From Octopus sinensis (lineage: Eukaryota): 64,000 nucleotides of DNA. The notes under the pieces are model-generated. The model searched no databases. It was not told where the DNA came from and was given only the letters and a program-made list of their open reading frames with translations. This document shows positions 54,280-64,000 of this stretch, one piece after another; positions within the stretch are counted from its first letter, which is position 1; the number at the start of each line of letters is the position of its first letter. The stretch covers positions 4,836,001-4,900,000 of the forward strand of contig NC_043001.1 of assembly GCF_006345805.1 (NCBI RefSeq), given 5' to 3'. A program made the position numbers and the translations under genes.

Positions 54280-57200
54280 TACGGCTGCTATAATGGTACG
54301 ATTATAATTGTAACAGCAATGATGGCCGTCTCCCCACGAGCCAATCAAAGCTAAAAAATGATAACATTATCGTAGCACCAAAATGTTTTTGGAAACTAAA
54401 AGGAAAACTAAATCAGTATACCAAATCGCTTGTCCTATGGTTAATCTGGAAGCGCGTCTCCCAGGGAAGAGCCAGCCTGGGATCGAAAAGTCATCAACTG
54501 GCACAAACTCTTCTCCGAATACGGACATGGATGGTCACTTGAACGTGAAATCCCCCAACTCGAGCCCTCCAAGTTCACCACCACAACCACCACAGAAAGA
54601 AAAATGTAAGCGGAACAAATGGACCCGAGAAGAGTATAAAGAAGTAATATACGCTTATTACTATGCATTACGTAGGCCATCTCAAGAGAGATACACCGCA
54701 AACTCTTACAGTATATGGAGAACACGGAATCAAGACAGTAGGCCCTATTTGGACGAGAACAAATTAGCAAATGTGAGGAGGGATATCTTTAGAAATAACA
54801 GACTCACAGACAGTGAAATAAGCGCGATCAAGCACGCAACGGAAAATGACATAAATATAAGACACAAAGGAAATGAAGAATCAGATGAACAGTATAGCCC
54901 GCCACGAGGCTTAATTGAAAGACTGCCATCTGAGCAAAGTACGCAAAGGCCTGAAGATACAAGAAATTTTATTGTACCTGTTAAAGATAGCCAGGAAAAC
55001 GAAAAAACAACAGTAACTGAAGATCTCGCATTTGCTGAAGAACACAGAGAGTCTATGGCAGAAATGAGGCAGAAAATCCTGAATACGCTTGAAGTTGTAA
55101 GACATACAAGTATGAATGATAGAGAACCGCTTCATAAACTCTCAAATACAAACCAAAATAAAAAACAAATCCAAATTGGCAACTATGTAACAAATGAAAT
55201 AATACGAGAATTAAAACCTGATTTTACTGAGTTAAATGAAATTATTTACGCTTCTGCTAGGGCAATTGAAACCAGCTGTATGCCCCCGAAAAAACAAAGA
55301 AAACAAAACCTGGGAAGAAATCAAACCTGGAGAAGTAAAATTGAAAAAGAGATTGAATTTATGAGAGGGGAAATATCAATATTAAATGAACTAATATGTG
55401 GAAATGACGTAAGATCCAGAACAGGAAGAAAGATGTAGAGAAAATTTGGATCCTCACCAAGAGAAGAACTGATATCAATAAAAGAAACGCTGAAACAAAA
55501 AGTCCAAGCAAAAGCCCAAATAATACGAAGATTTGAGAAGAGAAACATGTTTTACAAGCAAAATAAGCTGTTCACATCCAATGCCAAAAAATTCTACAGA
55601 GAAATAGGGAAGGAGAAAGTAACCGTTAAAGACACCCCCTCCCATGGAAGATGTTCAAAACTTTTGGAAAAGGATTTGGAGTGACAAGAAGACGTACAAC
55701 ATAAATGCAGACTGGATTATACAAACTGAAGGATCCTACCAAAATTTACAACAACAAGCATGGGAAGACATCACAATAGCAGACCTAAGAAAGGCACTCA
55801 CGAAGGCCCATAATTGGAAATCCCCCGGTAAAGATAGGGTGCCGAATTTCTGGAATTATGAGAGACCCAAAGAAAACACCTGAATGGTTAGCAAGTGGCA
55901 TTACTTACCTACTCCCAAAGAATAACGAAACCAACCTTCCAAAAAACTATCGGCCTATAACCTGTCTATCCACCACGTATAAAATCCTAACATCTATCCT
56001 GGCGGAGAAAACATATGCATTCATGGAGAAGAACGATATTTTCCCCATTGAACAAAAAGGGCGCCGCCGAGGCTCATACGGATGCAAAGATCAACTGCCA
56101 ATCAATCGTATGATCCTTGAGAACTGTCACAACAAGCGCAGAAATCTCAGCACCGCATGGATTGACTATAAAAAGGCCTTCGACAGTATACCGCATTCAT
56201 GGATCTTGAGATCGCTGGACATCTTCAAAATTTCCCCTGTGATTTCAAACTTCCTGAAGCACAATATGTCGTTGTGGAATACGAATCTCCAATTATACCA
56301 CTCTAATGGAGTACTTGCCTCAGAAAATATAAACATCAACTGTGGAATTTTTCAAGGTGACTCACTTTCACCTTTAATATTCTGCATAGCACTAATACCC
56401 CTTACAAGTGAATTAAACAGAACAGGGTATGGGTATAAAATTGCCAATAAAAAAATAAGCCATCTATTTTATATGGATGACTTAAAACTTTATGGTAAAA
56501 ACAATAATGAACTTGAAGGCCTATTGCGCACCGTGAAAGCATTCAGCGATGACATCGGAATGGAGTTTGGACTTGAGAAGTGTGCCAAGGCCACTTTCCA
56601 GAAAGGGAAAGTGAAGACCACAAATTCAGTCGTGTTAGATGTTGACACAGTCATAAGAGAGCTTGAGCAAGAACAAACATACAAATATTTAGAGATAAAT
56701 GAAGGCTCTGGTATTCAGCATGCAAGCATGAAAGAGAAAATCAGGAAGGAATGTTACAGGAGAGTTCGTGCAGTCCTGAAATCTGAACTAAATGCACGTA
56801 ACAAGGTGTTAGCTATAAATTCCTTAGCAGTTCCACTTGTTACTTATAGCTACAATGTGTTGAACTGGAATATGAGTGATGTAAAGAATATAGATAGAAA
56901 AATACGCAAGCTGCTGAGTTGTAATAGGATGCACCACCCAAAGGCAGACGTAGATCGCCTTTACCTTCCCAGAGCCCAAGGAGGTCGAGGTCTGATCCAA
57001 TTTGAACTAGCTTACAAAAGAACCACAATTGGACTGGCCAAATATCACGAAATATCGAATGACTGGATGCTAAAGCTCGTGGAAAATCACGAGAGACGAA
57101 AGAAGCTTCATTCTATCATCAAGGAAAGCAAAAAATTTGCTATTGATCTCGTGCAGGATACCCAAACTGAACAACCCGAGGGAAGTACGGCAACTATTGT

Positions 57201-58190
57201 TGCAAAGAAGGTGAAAATGATGGCAATGAAAAGAGCGCACGAGCAATTAGCTGATAGGTGGGAGGAGAAACCTCTGCACGGCAAATATGTGACCCGCAGC
57301 AAACAAGCTGATGTTGACCAGAAGCAAACCCATCAGTGGCTGCGGCGCTCAGGGCTAAAAGCAGAGAGCGAAGGTTTCATCCTGGCTGCTCAAGACCAAA
57401 GCCTATTAACCCGGAACTACCAGGCCAATGTGATGAAAAATGGAGCAGACCCAAAATGCCGATTCTGCAACGACATGTTTGAAGCAGTGGACCACCTAAT
57501 CTCTGGATTAGCACCAGTAGAGTATAAATTAAGACATGACAGAGTTGGCCAATATCTCCACTGGCTAATAAGTCGGCATTACAATATCAAAACTGCCGAC
57601 AAGTGGTATAATCACCACCCAGAGGCTGTAACTGAAGGAGAAAATGTAACCATTCTGTGGGACTTTCCAGTACATACAGACCGAACCATCAAGGCCAATA
57701 AACCAGATATTGTTGTGAAAGACCAAAACAATAAAGTTTGCTTATTGATCGACATGAGCATCCCCTGTGATCATAATATCTCGGCGAAAGAGTTTGACAA
57801 GCTCAGAAAATATAAAGACCTACTCATTGAAATTGAGAAAATGTGGCATCTCAAGGCGGTTACAATACCAGTGATCGTAGGAGCACTAGGAATGATCAAG
57901 AAGGGAACCGACAATTATATGAGAATGATCCCTGGCTTACCATCCCTGCAAGAAGTGCAAAAGATTGTCTTAACTGGTACATCACACGTATTGAGAAGAG
58001 CATTGTCGATGTGAGAACTGTTGCTGCTCATGTATTTTAATTTAACTTAAAAAAAAATTAAAAAAAAAAATGAACGAACTACTGAGTTTGGTTTAATGGC
58101 CTACCAATATACACTATGAGTTTCTTTGCCCTAGGAGTCGGGAAGGCACTCGGCAAGAAATGGAACAAGATTTGAAAGAAGAAAAAAAAA
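54280..58190 (+). mobile_element. R4/Dong subfamily A, near full-length non-LTR retrotransposon (inactivated)
   Basis: A single ORF broken into 54383-55438, 55439-~55640, 55644-55853 and 55858-58014, with RT YMDD, a defective CCHC knuckle and REL PD..D..K. The 3' UTR ends in (AAT)n. Confidence 0.95.
55858..58014 (+). pseudogene. RT + zinc knuckle + REL endonuclease portion of the R4/Dong ORF (718 aa open)
   Basis: NYRPITCL, WIDYKKAFDS, GIFQGDSLSP, HLFYMDDLKLY, KPDIVV..IDMSIP..KYKDL. Confidence 0.93.
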
Positions 58191-58275
58191 GTAATAATAA
58201 TAATAATAATAATTGTTGTTGTTGTGATGAGGGCGATCCAGGCAGAATCTTTAGCATGCCGGGTGAAATGCTTAC

Positions 58276-58901
58276 TAAACAATAAATCATATTATCTCTA
58301 GCTGCCCAGTCCTGGCTAAGAAGGAATATATTCACAGACATGACAGAGTTGGAACCTACATACATTGGAAGCTATGCCAACATTATGGAATAACAACAGA
58401 AAAAAGATGGTATAGGCACACACCAGAAAAGGTCACAGAAAACGAGAAAGCAACCATACTCTGGGATATGCCGATACACACAGATAGAGAAATTAAGGCC
58501 AACAGACTAGATATAGTTGTCAGAGATCATGAAGAAAAAAAATGCTTTCTAATTGATGTACAACGTGTATCTAAAAGAAATGGAGAAACTCTCAAAATAC
58601 AAAGACCTGGAAATAGAGGTAACTAGAATGTGGAATCTGAAAACAGAAACAATTTCTATCATAGTAGGTGCATTAGGCATGATAAAAAAATATTCAGACA
58701 AATACATAACAAAAACACCAGGACTTACAAACACATATAACATACAGAAAATTGCACTACTAGGCACTGCACACATCCTACGCAGAACACTTTCCATACA
58801 ATAACCATCAGAGCATCACAACAAATCACAGCACATACCCAAGGCACACAGAGCTGCGCTCGGTAGTGAAGTGAAAGCACGCTATAAAAATAAAACTACT
58901 G
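58276..58901 (+). mobile_element. R4/Dong subfamily B 3' fragment flanked by a 65-bp direct duplication
   Basis: INHIISSCPVLAKKEY..WDMPIHTD..KYKDLEIE. Duplication at 58211-58275 and 59013-59077. Confidence 0.9.
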
Positions 58902-58913
58902 AATAATAATAAT

Positions 58914-58978
<65 letters not shown>

Positions 58979-59034
58979 TAATAATAATAATAATACTGAT
59001 AATAATAATAATAATTGTTGTTGTTGTGATGAGG

Positions 59035-59425
59035 GTGATCCAGGCAGAATCTTTAGCATGCCGGGCGAAATGCTTACCGGTATTTCGTCTGCCGCTACGT
59101 TCTGAGTTCAAATCCCGCCGCGGTCTACTTTTTCTTTTGTCCTTTTGGGGTCGATTAAATAAGTACCAGTTACGCACTGGGGTAGATATAATCGACTTAA
59201 TCCGTTTGTCTGTCCTTGTTTGTCCTTTTTGTGTTTAGCCCCTTGTGGGTAGTAAAGAAATAGGCATTTCGTTTGCCGCTATATTTCAAATCCAAATTCC
59301 GCCGAGGTCGACTTTCTCCTTTCATTCCTTCAGGGTGTCGAGAAAATAAGTACTAGTAGGATCAGAGGGATCGGTATGATCGACTCACCCTCTCCCATAG
59401 AACTGCAGCCCATGTGGCAGAGTTG
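59035..59425 (+). mobile_element. SINE family D plus tandem partial copy
   Basis: Colinear with 43022-43385. Confidence 0.88.
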
Positions 59426-60790
59426 GAAACCATTGTTACTATTATTATTGTTATCATCATCATCATTCACCTCTACCTCCTCCTCCTCATCATCATCATC
59501 ATCATCAACATCCTTATCCCTCTTATTGCTTTTGATGTGAAGATGATGATGATGATGATGACGATGAGGAGGATGACGACGACGATGACGACGGCTATGA
59601 CGACATCGATGTTGACCCAGAGGAATGATTGTGGGGATGTTCCAGCCATGCAACTTCCGTCACTATGACCTTAACGACTGTCATAAATGTTCAGAAAACA
59701 TCAAATTGCTTTTAAAACCGAAATAAAATGCAAAGAAATAAAGAAAAAAGAATTGCAACACAGACAGGAATAATACATACGTTGGGTATGTTGTGAGAGA
59801 AATCGCGCTGCGCAAGGTTTAAATATTTATAAACATAAAAACAAGTGATACATATGCTATAGAATATTATAATGGAAGTGATTACATTAACTTGTTCAAT
59901 TGTTTCCGAGACAGGAAATTGATATTTATAGAGCTTCAACCGATTTGGTTAAGATACTTCTAGCATCTTGCCGAACAATCTCATTTATTTCATTGAAAAT
60001 AAAATATTTGTCATCATAACAGCTATCATAATATTCATATTTACATTAACTGGTCGTCAAATGAAAAATATTACCGAGGTGACAATTACAGCAAGCGGTT
60101 TTTAATTGTTCTTATTTAGGAAAATTATGTATAACGTTGTTATTAATCCATTCAAGAAGCATTTTTGGTGACATTAAAAAAAATTATGTGTGTCGAGAAA
60201 AACTTTTATTCTGAAAGGTTTTCAATATTATGATTATATTCAAATATGTTTTTATGGTTTCCCAAATTTTCAATAACTAGTTTAAAAGAAATTTTACACT
60301 TATGGAAGTAGTATTTCTAGAGATGAAAACCAATTTTATTCTTGATGTGATAAAATGAGAAGAATATTGCAGATCATTCTTTGAGAGAATTTTTGAGATA
60401 TAAAATTGTTTGCGTCTGATTTGTATTCATCTATGGAAATCTTTAGAAAATCATTTTAAGTTGTGCCAGGATTATTAAATAAAATGAGATAAACAAATAT
60501 CGCTTATATAGAAAATGAAGAAAATATGAAATTGAAAATAGTAGAAATGGACTTTGCAAACGAAGACAATGGAATGCTGAAAATAAGAACAACAGGGAAA
60601 ACGTTAATTAATATTTATTACAGAGCATCGGTAATAACTACATGGAAATGTATTAGAGGTAGAAATACAGCCTGAGGTATGTAAATATTCATTTTGATTT
60701 ATATGTTTCCGTTTTGTTCATCTCTTCCTCTATATGCACATTTGTGGGTGTACTAGATTGTATGTGCGTATGTATATATCTATGTATAGA

Positions 60791-61625
60791 AATTCCTCAC
60801 TAAAACAGCCAAACTCTCTTCCTTCAGGGGAAGGGCTCACAGCCTCTAACAATATCAGAGACCTGGGTGTAATTGTTGATGACGATCTCAGTTAGAGTGC
60901 ACACATCAACAATAAGGTCAATAGAGCTCGTAGGATGAGTTCCTAGATATTAAGAACTTTCCAGTCCAGAGAACAAGGTGTCATCATACCACTTTTCTCC
61001 TCCTTTGTACGGCCACACCTCGAATACTGCTACCCACTGTGGTTTCCCCATACAAGACAAAACATCTCGAGGATTGAATCACCCCAGAGGGCACTCACTA
61101 AACGAATTGAAGGCATGGCTGCTCTCGATTATTGGGATCGCCTTAAAGCCTTAAAAGACTACTCTCTCCAGCGTCGCCATCAGCGGTACATCATTTGTAC
61201 GATGTGGAAAATATACCGCCAACTTTGCCCAAACGACCTGAACATTAGTTTCATGGTTCATCAAGGACTGGGACCACGGGCCATACGTCCCCTGCTCAAT
61301 TCAGGATCACAGCAAAAATGTACACTGCAACATAATTTCTTTTCCTCAACAGGCCCTGCCCTATTAACATTGTCCCGAAAGAGATCAAACAGAAAAAGGA
61401 TCCCATCAACTTTAAACGGAGTCTGGATAGATTCCTTCAAAGAATACCAGATAAGCCACCCATAATTGGATACAGCTCACCCAACAAAAACTCACAACTT
61501 TAATGGACCATAAACAAAACTTGACTTAAACAGAATTCAAGTAATCCTATCAGGTGGCGCTATTAAGTTAGGCATGGCCTGGACAAATCTTTGGCCGAAA
61601 CATATCAAAGTTTATCTAAGTTTAT
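60791..61625 (+). mobile_element. 5'-truncated CR1/L2-group LINE, same family as 3055-4208
   Basis: High identity to the reverse complement of 3055-3960, with in-frame stops and frameshifts. Lacks the 43-bp triplication; ends aagtttatctaagttt(TA)n. Confidence 0.92.
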
Positions 61626-61632
61626 ATATTAT

Positions 61633-61670
<38 letters not shown>

Positions 61671-61964
61671 ATGATGATGATGATGATGATGATGATAACA
61701 TATATGATATATAGATATATACATATATACATAGATATATGTACCTACTACATATATATGTATATATACATGCATATAGGAGTACAGGACAAAAAAAAAC
61801 GTTAATAAAATCAGAAATGAGAACAGGAAAAACAAAAACATAGAAGACGAACATTTTGTGAACAACAAAAGAAACAACTAGAGAAAGGAGACAGGCAACA
61901 TAAGAACATTCGCTTCTTCAGCAAGCCTCCTGGTCTATCGACACCGCAATTATACACACACACA

Positions 61965-61975
61965 CACACATACAT

Positions 61976-62070
<95 letters not shown>

Positions 62071-62090
62071 ATTTATTTATATATATATAT

Positions 62091-62130
<40 letters not shown>

Positions 62131-62148
62131 ATATATATATATATATAT

Positions 62149-62180
<32 letters not shown>
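61965..62180. repeat. (CA)n/(TA)n microsatellite
   Basis: Direct reading; similar tracts lie at 62625-62810, 63260-63320 and 63800-63852. Confidence 0.9.
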
Positions 62181-62653
62181 TTTACAAACAGACACATGCA
62201 TACAGGTGTGTTTGTATGTATAAATGTGAGTGTGCGTGTGTGAGTTAATGTTGTTTTCATGTTTAGTTACAATAAATAAAATTTTATATTAACATCACCG
62301 TTTACTGTCTGCTTTTATGGAATACAAATTTATTAAACAAGTAAATTATTGACACTGACTACGAACGTTCAAACAGTTAAGCATCATAAATAAATAACAG
62401 CTGTCGGTGTAAATTTCGGTCACTGAAACATAAACCAACATGTCACGGGAAATGAACCTATGGGAAACAAGGAAACGCATTTAGAAGCCGGAAAATTTTA
62501 TTTTCGTATATAAGAAACTCAAAGACAGTTTGCGCTTATTTTCAGTCCACCCCAGGGGAATTTTTATTAATGTCACTATGAATAATTGGATTTCCTTCCA
62601 CAAACACACGACTCACACAAACGCACATATATATATATATAATATATATATAC

Positions 62654-62739
<86 letters not shown>

Positions 62740-62755
62740 ATATATATATATACAT

Positions 62756-62787
<32 letters not shown>

Positions 62788-63259
62788 ATATATATATATA
62801 TATTATATATGTACAGTACAGAAGTGTTTGTGAATAATTTATGGTCCCGAAATTAAATATCGAAATTTTAAACTTTCGTTTCTTTAATATGTCATTAACA
62901 ATAATTAGTTTGTAGTTTATTCTGTATTTCATTTCCTTAATTTCACTAAAGCTTCAGTTTCGCTCTCGATGATTAACGGACATTTAAATATATTTATTTT
63001 CTGTATGTACGTATTTGAACATGTTATTTATAACATAAGCAACATATATTCATATATATATGGTCATATCTATCTAACCATTTATGTACATATGTGTATA
63101 TATTCTATTTTTAGCACTAGAGTTAACCACGTAGCGGTAACTCTCTTATATTTATTTATAAATTTGTATTGTCTCCCTGTTTTTTTATGTGCTAAGCCAC
63201 TTGGTGTTAAACTGATGGTATTATTAAATTAATATCTAATTTTTCACCCTCATTTATGT

Positions 63260-63315
<56 letters not shown>

Positions 63316-63799
63316 AATATATAACAAGGTTTGAGACACAATCGGGTACTTATGCACTAGGTAGGGTCGGATGAATCTTTTGTCACTGCATATGTTTGAT
63401 AAATATTAAATAGGATATACCGATTGTCCATAGAGGGAAAACAATCCGTATAAGTATTTAACAAGTAGGGGCTGAGCCAAAACACACGTTACATAGATTG
63501 GATATTGTTGGTAAACGCTAGGGTGTTTGACGTGTTGTAAATTCCTGTGGTGTATTATAATCAAATGAACAATAAGGGACGATGAATAATTGTCAGCACA
63601 TTACAACTGTAAAGAGCTGAGAATTATCCATCAGCTCTTATTCATTAGGTATATATATGCGTGTGTTTGTGTTTCTCTGTGTCTAAGTAAATATATATAT
63701 ACATATACATATACTTCTATGTATTTCTTTATCTTTCTCTCTCTCCCTTTCTCACTCTCTATCCTCTCTCTCCTCCTCTTCATCTCTCTCTCTCTCTCT

Positions 63800-63854
<55 letters not shown>

Positions 63855-64000
63855 GGATGGGAGTGAGTGAGGGTGGGAGATTCTGAAAGCCTGAAAAGTT
63901 CCTTCATTTTCTTGTTCTATTACTTTAAAATGCTACGCGTAGAATGTAACTGAACTTGATATTTCGATTTATAGGCAATTATATGTTATAACTAATATTA

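Noticed and set aside
54310-54490. HDV-like ribozyme expected at the 5' end of an R2/R4-type element (hairpin tcccagg/cctggga at 54459-54482; tgatgg/ccaatca)
   Set aside because: I could not assemble P1, P1.1, P2 and P3 consistently; the P1.1 GG is missing. An RNArobo HDV descriptor on the family consensus would decide.
61790-61950. Minus-strand CTGAAGA in a pLTR-like repeat
   Set aside because: No downstream GAAA or stems; at best a decayed pLTR.

Overview
AT-rich (roughly one-third GC by eye), microsatellite-dense animal genomic DNA. It is intronic or intergenic and most likely octopod cephalopod; that assignment is an inference from repeat style and recalled SINE families, not a database result. 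No intact host gene is recognisable, and most ORF-track entries are microsatellite or antisense artefacts. Transposable elements dominate. (1) Seven pieces of R4/Dong-clade RT+REL-endonuclease retrotransposons from two subfamilies, plus an older relic. The A/B pieces mostly end in or abut (AAT)n tracts in the same relative orientation. One is near full length (54280-58190) and one insertion has a >=65-bp target duplication. (2) CR1/L2-group LINE 3' fragments, an RTE fragment and a DD37D (maT) mariner remnant. (3) Penelope-like (PLE) GIY-YIG and RT relics. (4) Four tRNA-derived SINE families. The most striking signal outside the ORF track is a set of at least six well-formed minimal type-I hammerhead ribozyme folds, plus variant and degenerate ones. 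They lie in short non-coding cassettes, mostly beside (TA)n: near-perfect fold-back palindromes with one ribozyme on each strand (18734-19033; variant core at 4279-4491), a 1.44-copy tandem retrozyme-like unit (20841-21529), and a cassette with inverted arms (35663-36040). A few low-confidence host exon candidates are noted.
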